From Rhizobium sp. Q54 (GTDB taxonomy: Bacteria > Pseudomonadota > Alphaproteobacteria > Azospirillales > Azospirillaceae): a stretch of 64,000 nt of DNA. The DNA is taken from assembly GCA_943369495.1 (NCBI GenBank), contig CALRNG020000001.1, forward strand, positions 200-64,199. The letters are read 5' to 3'. The translations under genes were made by a program, and so were the position numbers. Positions 9,801-19,758 of the stretch are shown one piece after another (positions within the stretch are counted from its first letter, which is position 1; each line of letters begins with the position of its first letter). The notes under the pieces are model-generated. The model had not been told where the DNA came from, searched no databases, and saw only the letters and a list, made by a program, of their open reading frames with translations.

Positions 9801-12800
9801 TTCGAACTGAACGGCATCGTCCAGGCCGCCAACAGCACCATCAGCGTGTCCGCCGCCGACCTGCACACGTTGAAATTCGTGGCCGGCACGGGCGATACGG
9901 TTGACGCCATCAGCGTGCGCGCCAGCGACGGCGTACGCTGGAGCGCCTGGGACAATGCCCAGGCCCGTACGGTTGTATCATCGGCGGGCACGCTGCTCGC
10001 CGGCGGCGAGGTGGGGATCAACGAGTACACGACGTCGACCCAGTATGATCCTTCCGTCGCCTTCCTGGCCGATGGCGGCTATGTCATCACCTGGGCGTCC
10101 GACGGCCAGGATGGCAGCGGGTACGGCATCTATGCCCGGCGGTTCGACAAGGATGGCCATGGCATCGGCGGGGAGTTCCAGGTGAACACCCTGACCGCCT
10201 GGCGTCAGGACGCCCCCATTGTGACGGCCCTGCCCGATGGCGGCTATGTCATCGTCTGGGAAAACACCAAGGCGGCCGACAATACCGGCATCGGCGCCTA
10301 TGCCCAGCGCTTCGACGCGCTGAACCAGAAGGTCGGCCCGCAACTGGTGATATTCGATACCGGCAGCACGTCGGTCTATCGCACCACACCGCAGGCCCTG
10401 GTTCTGGAGGATGGCCGGGTCGTCTTTACCTATGGCTGGCATGATGGCGCCAGCGTGAACAGCCGGATCGACATCCGGCTGGCCGATGCCGATCTGAACT
10501 GGCTGACCAGCACCATACAGGTCGCCAATGTCAGCGCTGCGGCCGGCAACGCCGTCTCCAAGGCCGGTGACATCACCCTGCTGGATAACGGGAATTTCGT
10601 CGTCACCTGGATGCAGTATACGGCAAGCAGCACATCATGGCTGACACGTGCGCGCGTCTATGACAGCAACGGCAACCCGGTGACGGCACAGTTGAATGTG
10701 GGTCCGTCTTCCGACCTTGGCATTCCCGCCCAGTCCAGCGCTGTCGCCCTTGCCGGTGGGGGCTTTGCCGTCTTCACGGACAAAGTGCTGGATGAATATA
10801 CCGGCACTTACCGGGCCGTCCTAATGCACCGTTTCGCCGCCGATGGCACGGAGATCGGCCCGTCAGGCGGACTGCGCGTCAACAGCTTCAATGATGACAG
10901 CCAGTTTGTGCCCGACGCTGTTTCCCTGCCGGACGGCGGCATGCTGGTGGCCTGGGTATCGCAGAACCAGGATGGCAGCGGCTACGGTGTTTATGCCCAG
11001 CGGTATGATGCCAATGGCGGGCTGGTTGGCGATGAATTCCGCCTGTCTGAAACAGTGCTGGGTGACCAGCAGCAAGTACGTCTGGCGGTCAGGCCTGATG
11101 GTGCCATCCTGGCCACCTGGGCGTCCGATGGCCAGGATGGCAGTGGTCTGGGCATCATCACCCGGCTGTTCTACCCGTCCGACACCGGCCCGATACTGGA
11201 AGCCCGCGACATCCTCCAGGCCAGCACTATCCGCACCGTCCCGCTGGCCGGCATGGTCTGGGAAGGGCATCCGCAGGGGCAGACCAATGCCGGGCACCTG
11301 CAGGTGATCCAGAAATACGAGTTCATCGATACGACCCCGGGCGGCGGCTATCTGGGCCTGAATGGCGTCGTCAAGGCCGAGGGGCAGGTCTTCACGGTGG
11401 ATGGAAACAATCTGGACGGGCTGTTCATCTCCACGCCAACAGTGAACTCCACCGACATCATCATGTTCCGCGGCTTCGACGGGGTGCGCTGGAGTGATTG
11501 GGATGCGGCCCGCGTCACCAACTTCGTGGCCTCCAGCAGCATGACGCCCGGCAATGAGGTGGTGGTGAATGATTATGCCACCGGCAATCAGTACCGGCCC
11601 GCCGTGGCGGTACTGGCCGGGGGCGGCCATGTCGTCACCTGGGTGTCGGAAGGGCAGGATGGCAGCGACATGGGCGTCTATGCCCAGCGTTTCGATGCGG
11701 CCGGCAACAAGGTGGGCGGGGAATTCCTGGTCAACAGCCTGAAAACGGCGGGGGCGCAGGATAATCCCGACATCACCGCCACACCCGATGGTGGTTTCGT
11801 CATCACCTGGAACAGCAGCGCCAGTGCCGCGTCCGGTCCCTGGGCAGGCTATGGCCAGCGCTATGACGGCAACGGCAACCCGGCTGGTACCCAGTTCATC
11901 CATGCGGAAGGCGGAAACGGCAGTGTCGTCCGCATTTACCCCAAGGTCGCGGTTTTGACCAATGGCACCTTGATCATCGCGAAGACCATTCAGGAAGATA
12001 CAGCTGCCAGCAACGGGGTGGCCGTGTCGTTGTTCGATGATCAGGGCAACCCGATGATCGGACCCAATACCTTTGTCCATCAATGGCTGTCCGACCCGAA
12101 ACTGACGGCCAATGGCCTGACCGTGATGCTGGGCGAGGTCTTGCCCCTGTATCATGGCGCGTCCACCTTCGTCGTCACCTGGGCTGAACAATCGGCTACC
12201 GCCGGCAACGGCTATGAAATCCGGGGCCGCGTGATGCTGCCCGACGGCTCGCCTTACACGGCCCCCTTCCTGATCCATACGGCGCGGACGGGGGACCAGC
12301 AGGCTTCCTCCATCGCCCCGCTCTATGATACGGGCGGCGGGTTCCTGGTGGCCTGGGCCGAACCCAACGGCACCGGATCGGATATCCGCTATCAGCGCTT
12401 CACCATGGAAGGCACAAAGCTGGGACCGGAAATCACGGCCAACAGCGTGCTTGCCGGCGACCAGACACAGCCGCGTATCGTCACCCTGGCCGATGGTTCC
12501 TATCTGATCACCTGGATATCCGCCGGCCAGGATGGCAGCGGCAACGGCATCTATGCCCGCCGCTTCGCCGGGGACGATACGCCCTGGGGGCCGGAATTCC
12601 TGCTGGCCCAGACGACGGACGGCCACCAGACCCACCCGGATATCGCGGTGCGGCCGGATGGCGGCATCGTTGCCGTCTGGGCGTCCGAGAATGTGGATGG
12701 CAGCGGCTATGGCGTCGTGACCCGCCTGTACAAGGGGGATGGCATCAGCTTCCCCGTCATCAATAATTTCAGCGGCGCTGCGGGCCATGACAGCCTGACC

Positions 12801-14762
12801 GGCACCGCCAGTGACGACCGCATCACGGGCCATGACGGCAATGACACGCTGATGGGCGGAACCGGCAACGACATCCTGTCGGGACGGGCCGGCAATGACA
12901 GTCTGGTCGGCGGGTCCGGTGATGACGTGATGCTGGGCGGGGCCGGCGACGATGTCTATGTCGTGGATGAGACGGGCGATCAGGTCACGGAATTTGACGG
13001 CAATGGCCGCGACCGCGTGGAAACCAGCTTGTCCGCCTATGGGCTGGGGGCCTTCATCGAGGACCTGACCTATACCGGCACCGGCAGCTTCACGGGCACC
13101 GGCAATGATCTTGCCAACAGCATCACCGGCGGGGCCGGCAGCGATACATTGGATGGCGGGGCCGGGGTGGACACGCTGGCCGGCGGTCTGGGCGATGACA
13201 CCTACATCATCGCCGATGCCGGCGAGACGGTGACCGAAGTCGCCGGCGCCGGCAGCGACCGTGTGCTGACCAGCCTCAACAGCCTGACCCTGGCCGGTAA
13301 TGTGGAGGAACTGATCTTCACGGGTACCGGCAATTTCAGCGGCACGGGCAACGCGCTGGCCAACAGCATCACGGGCGGCACTGGTAATGACAGTCTGAAT
13401 GGCGGGGCCGGGGCCGATACCCTGACCGGTGGGACCGGCAACGATGTCTATACGGTCGATAATGCCGGCGATGTCGTCGTGGAACTGGCCGGTGAAGGGA
13501 CCGCCGACCGGGTGCAATCCTCCATCAGCTACGTGTTGGGTGCCGGGGTGGAGAACCTGACCCTGACGGGCGGGGCGGCCATCGACGGGACCGGCAATGA
13601 CGCCGCCAACCAGATCACGGGCAATGGAGCCGCCAACAGTCTGACCGGCGGGCTGGGTAATGACAGCCTGAACGGCGGGGCCGGGGCCGACACGCTGGTG
13701 GGGGGTGACGGCAACGACCTCTATACGGTGGACAATGCCGGGGACCAGGTGGTCGAGGCGGCGGGCGAGGGAACCGATACGGTGCAAGCCTCGGTCAGCC
13801 ATGCCCTAGCAGATGAGGTGGAGAACCTGACCCTGACCGGCAGTGCTGCCATTGACGGTACCGGCAATGGCTTGGCCAACGTCCTGACCGGCAATGGTGG
13901 CACCAACCGGCTGGATGGGGGGGCCGGGGCCGATACGCTGAGCGGCGGGAACGGCGACGACACCTATATCGTCGACGATGCCGGTGATATCGTGACCGAA
14001 GCGGCCGGGCAGGGAACGGACGGGGTGGAAACGGCCCTGTCCGCCTACAGCCTGTCCTTGAATGTCGAGCGGCTCACCTATACGGGGGCCGGCAATTTCA
14101 GCGGTACCGGCAATGCCGCCGCCAACAGCATCACCGGTGGGCTGGGGGCGGATACGCTGGCCGGTATGGACGGCGATGACACGCTGGATGGCGGTACTGG
14201 TGCCGATACGCTGACGGGTGGCATCGGCGATGATCTCTATATCGTCGATGATGCCGGCGACCAGGTGGTCGAGGCGGCGGGGGAAGGAACGGACACCATC
14301 ACCACCAGCCTGGGCAGTCTGACCCTGGCTGACCATGTCGAGGTCCTGACCTTTACCGGCACAGGCGGTTTCGCGGGCACCGGCAACGGGCTGGCCAATG
14401 CCATCACCGGCGGGGCCGGCAATGATACGCTGGGTGGCGGGGCCGGGGCCGATACGCTGATGGGTGGTGCCGGGGCCGACACCTATGCCGTCGATGACGG
14501 GGACGTCGTGACGGACTTCGCCGCCATCGACGGCGACAGGCTGGACCTGACGGGGCTCGATGCCGACGGCACCCTGGCTGGCATGCAGGCCTTCACCTGG
14601 ATCGACAGTGCCGCCTTCAGCAATGTCGCGGGCGAACTGCGCTGGGAACTGGTGGGCAGCGATGTGAACCTGCTGGCCGATCTAGATGGGGACGGGGATG
14701 CCGATATGACCGTGATGTTGAACGGCGTGGCCAGCATCACGGGGGCGGACCTGATCCTATAA
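6897..14762 (+). CDS. Giant (~2620 aa) RTX-repeat surface protein/adhesin, probable T1SS substrate
   Basis: Four ~400-aa modules of 'GGFVVxW..QDG.GYGIYAQRYD..G..VG.EF.VN' blades, separated by three ~115-aa linkers ('APVID...YEFID...ISVRAFDG..WSAW'). These are followed by GGxGxD RTX repeats and a serralysin-type C-terminus ('AFSNVAGELRW...GADLIL'). No N-terminal signal peptide. GTG start chosen after a G-rich RBS; the frame is open from 6831. Confidence 0.88.
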   Translation: MSNFFNISNESVINSYTNSDQYQPATARWGGSPNGRVTVWASNGQDGSGFGIYGQRLDENGNKVGAEFRVNSTTANAQETPAVTEMADGGFMVFWTGLRTATTTTWRTYGQRYDANGNKVGAEIALSVPGDSAVRSYPSATLLSDGKVAVAYGYTAGSASDIFVQLYDSSGAAVGGRRSVALPKVNAAAITDIPAITALNGGGFVVAWGEDYGTNGYEVKAQRFDNAGSKQGGSFYVQSAVRALDQRVPNMAGLEDGGFVAVWADQAAERDGDFYTVRLQRFDAGGTKVGGEVRVNSYTYNHQTSPDVIGLKDGGYLVIWPSMGQDGDQYGIYGQRYRADGTAAGNEFRLSQTSVGSQTQVDLSLSADGDVIATWGSTGGEDGSGYAVISRTLSISNDAPVIDGREIHVAQGGQSFAAALLLPGHPQGLTAATHLQVLDRYEFIDNSSDPGSGYFVLNGAVQAAGTVINIAAADLNKLKFVGGSAAGTDNISVRAFDGTNWSAWENATAVTEARAAAFVRGDEVPVNTYTSSNQEQPTLAVMADGGFVITWMSNGQDGSQYGIYAQRFNAAGQKIGDEFKVNSLTAATQLYPVAAALPDGGFTILWVTTTGAGTANYGVHGQRYDASGVAVGGEYTVFDTSAVSTYYTMPRVTVLQDGTIKVAYAYNPNSAAASDIRVYTVDSDLARPGTTVAGVSTPKYTSGAAQMAGDIITLTNGRYVLTWAEYDSASANAHEVRGRVYNADGTAVSAPFLVNTSVAYTQRNSDIAATPDGGFVVVFGSAGAEPSGDGDANILIQRFDENGTKVGAAVRVNSFAWGNQEYPQIVALTGGGYMVSWMSENQDGAAGGIFAQRLDANLRPLGPEFQVNNDGAGDQNRVEMAALPNGGVVFTWSATNVDGSGYGIVSKVYNPSNAAPVIDARDILLGVGKEWSAGALVHHVQPQGAGHMPAALTQYEFIDTNATAGSGHFELNGIVQAANSTISVSAADLHTLKFVAGTGDTVDAISVRASDGVRWSAWDNAQARTVVSSAGTLLAGGEVGINEYTTSTQYDPSVAFLADGGYVITWASDGQDGSGYGIYARRFDKDGHGIGGEFQVNTLTAWRQDAPIVTALPDGGYVIVWENTKAADNTGIGAYAQRFDALNQKVGPQLVIFDTGSTSVYRTTPQALVLEDGRVVFTYGWHDGASVNSRIDIRLADADLNWLTSTIQVANVSAAAGNAVSKAGDITLLDNGNFVVTWMQYTASSTSWLTRARVYDSNGNPVTAQLNVGPSSDLGIPAQSSAVALAGGGFAVFTDKVLDEYTGTYRAVLMHRFAADGTEIGPSGGLRVNSFNDDSQFVPDAVSLPDGGMLVAWVSQNQDGSGYGVYAQRYDANGGLVGDEFRLSETVLGDQQQVRLAVRPDGAILATWASDGQDGSGLGIITRLFYPSDTGPILEARDILQASTIRTVPLAGMVWEGHPQGQTNAGHLQVIQKYEFIDTTPGGGYLGLNGVVKAEGQVFTVDGNNLDGLFISTPTVNSTDIIMFRGFDGVRWSDWDAARVTNFVASSSMTPGNEVVVNDYATGNQYRPAVAVLAGGGHVVTWVSEGQDGSDMGVYAQRFDAAGNKVGGEFLVNSLKTAGAQDNPDITATPDGGFVITWNSSASAASGPWAGYGQRYDGNGNPAGTQFIHAEGGNGSVVRIYPKVAVLTNGTLIIAKTIQEDTAASNGVAVSLFDDQGNPMIGPNTFVHQWLSDPKLTANGLTVMLGEVLPLYHGASTFVVTWAEQSATAGNGYEIRGRVMLPDGSPYTAPFLIHTARTGDQQASSIAPLYDTGGGFLVAWAEPNGTGSDIRYQRFTMEGTKLGPEITANSVLAGDQTQPRIVTLADGSYLITWISAGQDGSGNGIYARRFAGDDTPWGPEFLLAQTTDGHQTHPDIAVRPDGGIVAVWASENVDGSGYGVVTRLYKGDGISFPVINNFSGAAGHDSLTGTASDDRITGHDGNDTLMGGTGNDILSGRAGNDSLVGGSGDDVMLGGAGDDVYVVDETGDQVTEFDGNGRDRVETSLSAYGLGAFIEDLTYTGTGSFTGTGNDLANSITGGAGSDTLDGGAGVDTLAGGLGDDTYIIADAGETVTEVAGAGSDRVLTSLNSLTLAGNVEELIFTGTGNFSGTGNALANSITGGTGNDSLNGGAGADTLTGGTGNDVYTVDNAGDVVVELAGEGTADRVQSSISYVLGAGVENLTLTGGAAIDGTGNDAANQITGNGAANSLTGGLGNDSLNGGAGADTLVGGDGNDLYTVDNAGDQVVEAAGEGTDTVQASVSHALADEVENLTLTGSAAIDGTGNGLANVLTGNGGTNRLDGGAGADTLSGGNGDDTYIVDDAGDIVTEAAGQGTDGVETALSAYSLSLNVERLTYTGAGNFSGTGNAAANSITGGLGADTLAGMDGDDTLDGGTGADTLTGGIGDDLYIVDDAGDQVVEAAGEGTDTITTSLGSLTLADHVEVLTFTGTGGFAGTGNGLANAITGGAGNDTLGGGAGADTLMGGAGADTYAVDDGDVVTDFAAIDGDRLDLTGLDADGTLAGMQAFTWIDSAAFSNVAGELRWELVGSDVNLLADLDGDGDADMTVMLNGVASITGADLIL

Positions 14763-14771
14763 AAGGAAAAG

Positions 14772-14801
14772 GGACGGTGGCAAGCATGCTTGCCACCGTC
14801 C
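14772..14801 (-). terminator. Perfect 30-bp palindrome, likely intrinsic terminator
   Basis: GGACGGTGGCAAGCATGCTTGCCACCGTCC preceded by an A-rich run (U-rich tract on minus strand), between convergent genes. Confidence 0.7.
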
Positions 14802-14889
14802 ACATACAGGACACCCACCCTCATGCACCTGAGGGGGTGCCGCCCTCAAGAATCTCTACAACCCCATGAATGACAAAGGCCGCCAAGGC

Positions 14890-14962
14890 GGCGCGGATAC
14901 CACCGGTCAAGAATTTTGACCGTTAGTATGATACCGTCGGTCAAAACTCCTAACCGACAGTA
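14890..14962. repeat. Hairpin-ended intergenic repeat (partial family member)
   Basis: GGCGCGGATACCACCGGTCAAGAATTTTGACCGTTAGTAT closely matches 36383-36422, followed by a second hairpin. Confidence 0.7.
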
Positions 14963-14991
14963 GGCGTCACCTCCGATTGGGGGGTAGACGG

Positions 14992-15699
14992 TTATGGCAA
15001 GGTCTCCTGGTTGGCGTCGACAGGCACCTCCAGCAGGCAGATACCGTCGCGGGCGACGATGTCCAGGTCAGCCTCCAGCACCCGCCAGCCTGCACGCTCA
15101 CAGAGGCGAGCCATATCCCCCACCGTATTGCGTGGCCACCATATCGCCGCATCGGGCTGGTCGCGGAACGCTGTCGGCACGCCGCCCTTGTCCCAACCAA
15201 ACCGATCCAGCTTGTCCCAGGCCGCATAGCCGCAGAAGGCCCGTCCGCCCGGTCGCAGCTTGCCGCGAAGCCGTCTCAAGATGGTTTCAATGTCGTCCTG
15301 AGCCCAATGACACAATACCCCCCAGGCAAACAGGAAGTCAAAATGCCCGTCCGGCAGCACATCGTAGTTATTATCGGTGACCTGATGCGGGATCAGGCGT
15401 CCTCCGTAATCCGCCGGGTTGAGCCAACGGGTAATGTCCTGGAAATCGACAGTATGCAAAGTACCCGTGGTCAGGTGTGACAAGAGCGCCCGCGTCCAGG
15501 ATCCGCGGCCCGGCCCAAGCTCAAGCACCCGCGATCCCGGCGAGATGCCCGCCGTGAGCGCCGCTTGATAAACATCGTGATAAGAGCCGCCGATCCGCTC
15601 TTCCTCCAGGCGCCGCCGTTCATCGGCAATGACCGGCAAGACATCGCCGCTGTCATAGCCATAATGGAATTCAGTACGCATCCAATCCAGTGTCGGCAT
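14992..15699 (-). CDS. Class I SAM-dependent methyltransferase
   Basis: 'RVLELGPGRG', 'FDFLFAWGVLCH', 'KLRPGG'; GAGGGA RBS before MPTLDW. Confidence 0.85.
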   Translation of the reverse strand: MPTLDWMRTEFHYGYDSGDVLPVIADERRRLEEERIGGSYHDVYQAALTAGISPGSRVLELGPGRGSWTRALLSHLTTGTLHTVDFQDITRWLNPADYGGRLIPHQVTDNNYDVLPDGHFDFLFAWGVLCHWAQDDIETILRRLRGKLRPGGRAFCGYAAWDKLDRFGWDKGGVPTAFRDQPDAAIWWPRNTVGDMARLCERAGWRVLEADLDIVARDGICLLEVPVDANQETLP

Positions 15700-15939
15700 C
15701 AGTCCCTCACTCGCTTCGCCCGAACCCTGTTGGCCGGCGGCTGATAGGCCGACCCAAGAGACCCCGACAAGGGGGAGGCGGATACACTGTCTCGCAGGAG
15801 ATATCGCGGCGACAAGGATAAAGCCACGCCAGCGGCGGTCGACATAGACATCGACACGATAGTCCGGGTGCTTGCGCTTGCCGTTGTGACCGAACAATGT
15901 CAAATGCGTTCAGTATGATCCGTACGACCATCCGGTCTA

Positions 15940-16971
15940 TTGTACGGGAATGAGCAAAGGAGGCGGGCGTTGCAATCAGCCGGGGACTTGTCAGAGGTCG
16001 TCATTGACCAATGGCGGCAGCGTATACGCATCAGCACCTTTGCCAACTACCATTACGAAATGGGGCTGGCGCTGGCCAGGGCCGGCCACAAGGTCCATGC
16101 CATCGGGCAGATGCGCAAGGCTGCTGCTCTGATGTACGACCACGCCGCCGCCCGTTTCGAACTGGAATCCTTGCTGCTTTCCACAGGCCAGAACCCGACT
16201 GCTACAGAACGGCTTGATCCGGAGCTGCGCTTCAAAGGCTTTGTCGAGCATGTCGCCCGGGCCCTCGCGGATGGACGGCTCGATGATGCCGAGAAAGATC
16301 TGTCCACCGCTCCAGACCCAGGGGAGAATGGCGCCGTTGTCAGCTGGTTGCGGGTTCTGACGCTCACGGCCAAGGGAAAGGCTTGCGACAAACCCGATGA
16401 GCCCCTCACGGATGCCATGGTGCCGCTGTTACGGCCTGTGGGCAATTTCCTGCTGACGACAGCACAGAAATATCAAAGTAACGCCGATCCGGCGGCTCTG
16501 AATTTTTTGCGTCTGTATATGATGCTGGACCCCGACAATCCGGTAGCTATGCAGGGGCTGACAACCGCCCTGCTGATGACTGGGCACCATGATGAGCTGC
16601 GTGACTATATCGGCAAACTGCCGGTTACGGACACACAGTCGTTCCGCCACCGGGCGCTCCTATGGATCGGCCTGGAAGAGGCGGAAGCGGCATTGGCCGA
16701 ACTGGATCGCATGCAGGAGGAAACGCCGCACTGCATGAGTCTGGTTCTGCGTGCCTGTGCCTTGCTGTTACTGGATCGTCGTGAAGAGGCAGAACCCCTG
16801 ATCCGGCGGGCGGAAGAACTGGGGACGAACCCGACTTGGATAACCGTTGCACGGGCCTGGTACGAAACGGGCGGACAGCAGCCCGTCCGGGTGGATGCGG
16901 GTGCGCAGGGTATAGGTTTCATCCTGGCCAGACTGCCGGCCCGGATATCCGCTTTACTGGAGCTGCAATGA
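15940..16971 (+). CDS. Tetratricopeptide repeat protein
   Basis: Helical repeats such as 'ANYHYEMGLALARAGHKVHAIGQMRKAAAL' and 'LDPDNPVAMQGL'; stop overlaps the next start. Confidence 0.6.
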   Translation: MYGNEQRRRALQSAGDLSEVVIDQWRQRIRISTFANYHYEMGLALARAGHKVHAIGQMRKAAALMYDHAAARFELESLLLSTGQNPTATERLDPELRFKGFVEHVARALADGRLDDAEKDLSTAPDPGENGAVVSWLRVLTLTAKGKACDKPDEPLTDAMVPLLRPVGNFLLTTAQKYQSNADPAALNFLRLYMMLDPDNPVAMQGLTTALLMTGHHDELRDYIGKLPVTDTQSFRHRALLWIGLEEAEAALAELDRMQEETPHCMSLVLRACALLLLDRREEAEPLIRRAEELGTNPTWITVARAWYETGGQQPVRVDAGAQGIGFILARLPARISALLELQ

Positions 16972-18071
16972 GCCGGGCCGGGATAGGCAACGGCCCTGCA
17001 TTTGACGATATCGATGCCCGGATCGACCTTGCACATGCCCTGACCCGGGACGGACAGTATGAGGAAGCGCTGGATATCTTCCGGCATCTGTCCGGTATCT
17101 CAAGCAGATATGACGTTCTAGTCGGGTTGGCCCGCGCTTATGAGTATATCGGCAAGCTGGACGAGGCGGTCTTCTGGTATAAGAAGGCGCAAGCGGCTGC
17201 TCCCGGCCATGCCCGTGCGTTTTCCAGGCTGGCCATGATCAATGCCCGTCGGCTGTTCGGCCCTCCCCGGGCGACCGGCCGCGCGCAAGAGGGCGCTGGC
17301 CGGATCGGCATGACCAACCTGGGCCAGAATGGGCGCTTCGGGAACCAGATTTTCCAGTACGGGTTCCTGCGCCTGTTGGCGGAACGGCAGGGACTGCGTC
17401 TGGAATTGCCTGACTGGCTCGGACGCGATCTGTTCAACGCCGATGAACCCCTGCCGGGTCCCCCCCTGCCTGAAATGCAGGAAGATGCGGATATGATGAT
17501 CGCGGCCCTGGAAGGACGGGCCTATGTCGGCGATGTCGATCTCCGGGGATTCTGCCAGTATCATACGGCCTGCCTGCGTCCCTATCGCACGCAATGGCGC
17601 GAGATGCTGGCTTGGCGCCCGGCTGTGACGCAGTTGCTGAATGACTATCTGGCCCCCGTGACAAGCAGCAGCTCCACCCTGGTCGCAATCCATATTCGGC
17701 GCGGCGATTTCGGTTATGGACCCTTCTGGATCGCACCAACCGCCTGGTATCTCTCCTGGCTTGCGGAATTGTGGCCGCGGTTGTACCGGCCTCAGCTTTA
17801 TGTCGCCACCGACGATGCCGGCATCGTCGGTGATTTTGCCGCCTACGATCCCATGACAGCTGCCGACCTGCCGCCACTTCCCCCTGGGTTGGAATTCCTG
17901 CTAGATTTTGAATGCTTGCGGCGGGCCGACCATGTCGCTGTTTCCAACAGCAGTTTTTCGGTCGCGGCCACATTGTTGAATGAACGGGCTGCTTCTACCC
18001 GCCGGCCGGATCTTGCGGCGGGTGGTTTAGTGCCTTTTACCCCATGGGACACGCCGGTGCTGCTTCGTTAA
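16968..18071 (+). CDS. TPR + GT11 (alpha-1,2-fucosyltransferase-like) glycosyltransferase
   Basis: N-terminal TPRs; GT11 motifs 'GRFGNQIFQY', 'AIHIRRGD', 'SNSSFS'. Confidence 0.82.
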   Translation: MSRAGIGNGPAFDDIDARIDLAHALTRDGQYEEALDIFRHLSGISSRYDVLVGLARAYEYIGKLDEAVFWYKKAQAAAPGHARAFSRLAMINARRLFGPPRATGRAQEGAGRIGMTNLGQNGRFGNQIFQYGFLRLLAERQGLRLELPDWLGRDLFNADEPLPGPPLPEMQEDADMMIAALEGRAYVGDVDLRGFCQYHTACLRPYRTQWREMLAWRPAVTQLLNDYLAPVTSSSSTLVAIHIRRGDFGYGPFWIAPTAWYLSWLAELWPRLYRPQLYVATDDAGIVGDFAAYDPMTAADLPPLPPGLEFLLDFECLRRADHVAVSNSSFSVAATLLNERAASTRRPDLAAGGLVPFTPWDTPVLLR

Positions 18072-18122
18072 GCTGAAAGCATATTTCCAACCAACAGATT
18101 AATCCGTTCGGAGTTACCTAGA

Positions 18123-19031
18123 ATGACCATCGATCTGCGCTTGGTATTGGGGGTCGGACGCAGTGGAACGACCTGGCTGGCATCCCTGATAGGGCGGACA
18201 TCAACACCTCTGCGCTTCCTGATGGAAGGCCTTTATGGCTTCACGCCCCGGCTGGATATGGCGCCGCCTCCGGACCATACGGCGGCTCCTTGGGTGCCGG
18301 CACTGAGCGATGATCATCCGCTGCGCCGCTTCTACAACGCGGCCCTGGCGCCGGACTTTGATGCGACCGCCCATAATGTGGCCAGCAACCTGGTACGCAA
18401 TGACACGGCGCCGCACTATGTCCTGGTCAAGGAGGTACATGGGCTGCTGTCCACGGGAGCTCTGCTGTCGGCTTTCCCGGCCAAGGCCTGCTTCATTCAC
18501 CGCAATCCGATTTACAGCGCCGACAGCCTGTTTCACCGCGACGGGCTTGGATCCATCTATCTTGACAATGAAGCCCGCCATGTCCGGTCACCGGACTTTC
18601 TCGACCGCTATTTCGGCCCCGTGCAACCGGCCTTGGAACAGGCCTTCGCCACCATCGCGGATACAGCCGACCCCCGCCGCCGCACCATCCTGGAAAAGAC
18701 CCTGACCATGGTCATGATCAACGTCATGATGGAGCAGATCGCGGCTTCCAATCCGGATTGTCTGTCGATCCGGTACGAGACCTTGTGCCTTGAGACGATC
18801 GGCACGCTTGGACGGATCATGGCCTTCATGGGACTGACCTGGGGGCAGGAGGTCGATCTGCTCATTGCGGAAACGTCCGATCCAGCGGCCCAGAAAGGGT
18901 CTCTTTCCAGCCATTATCCGATCTTCCGTGACAGCCGCCGGAATTCCGAACGCCCTCTTGGCTTCATCACTGATATGGAAGTCCACGCGATCAATGATCT
19001 GATAGGCCAGATCGATCCGGATTGGGTTTAA
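18123..19031 (+). CDS. Sulfotransferase family protein
   Basis: PAPS-binding 'GVGRSGTTWL', 'IHRNPIYSADS', 'IRYETL'. Confidence 0.82.
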   Translation: MTIDLRLVLGVGRSGTTWLASLIGRTSTPLRFLMEGLYGFTPRLDMAPPPDHTAAPWVPALSDDHPLRRFYNAALAPDFDATAHNVASNLVRNDTAPHYVLVKEVHGLLSTGALLSAFPAKACFIHRNPIYSADSLFHRDGLGSIYLDNEARHVRSPDFLDRYFGPVQPALEQAFATIADTADPRRRTILEKTLTMVMINVMMEQIAASNPDCLSIRYETLCLETIGTLGRIMAFMGLTWGQEVDLLIAETSDPAAQKGSLSSHYPIFRDSRRNSERPLGFITDMEVHAINDLIGQIDPDWV

Positions 19032-19074
19032 CGAGGCACACCTCGCTTTCCCCGGAAGTGTCGAGGCAGGAGGG

Positions 19075-19734
19075 ATGATGAGGGTCGAGCATATCGTGGC
19101 TGAACTGATCGCCACGCAAAGCCTTGTTCTGGATGTCGGAGCCTATAATGGCGACAAGGCCGCGTGGTTCGCCGCGCGCGGGGCACGGGTGATCTGCGTC
19201 GAGCCGCAACCCGGATTGGCGAAGGCCCTGCGCAACCGCTTTGCGGATAATCAACGGGTCACGGTCATCGAGAAAGGCGTTGGCGCCACCTCTGGTAACG
19301 CCATTCTCCATATCTGCGAAACCGATCCGGTGTTGAGCACTTTCAAGGAACATTGGCAGCAAGGCCGGTTCCTGGGAAAGCGCTGGGACCGGCAGCACGA
19401 AGTCGCCATCACCACGCTGGCCGATCTGGTCGAACAGCATGGCGTGCCCGACTACTGCAAGATCGATGTCGAAGGGGCGGAGGTCGATGTATTGCGGGGT
19501 CTGGACCGTCGGATCGGGATCATATCGTTCGAATTCACGACCGAATATCTGGCCCATGCAGCGGAAGCGGTCCAGTTGCTGAGGGCCCTCGGCTATGCCC
19601 AATATAATTTCTCCATCGGTGAGTTGCCGACATTCCACCTGGAGGATTGGATAGACGAGGCCACTCTGCTGGCCCGGCTTGCCACGGCCTGTACCGCGAA
19701 CGCGAAGCTCTGGGGCGATATCTACGCCCGCTGA
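19075..19734 (+). CDS. FkbM family methyltransferase
   Basis: 'LDVGAYNG', 'VEPQP', 'KIDVEGAE'. Confidence 0.9.
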   Translation: MMRVEHIVAELIATQSLVLDVGAYNGDKAAWFAARGARVICVEPQPGLAKALRNRFADNQRVTVIEKGVGATSGNAILHICETDPVLSTFKEHWQQGRFLGKRWDRQHEVAITTLADLVEQHGVPDYCKIDVEGAEVDVLRGLDRRIGIISFEFTTEYLAHAAEAVQLLRALGYAQYNFSIGELPTFHLEDWIDEATLLARLATACTANAKLWGDIYAR

Positions 19735-19758
19735 AACCCTCCCCTTGGAGAAGCGACG

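Noticed and set aside
7290-13802. Long minus-strand ORFs (602 aa and 979 aa) inside the adhesin
   Set aside because: Antisense shadows of a GC-rich, codon-biased gene; no motifs.
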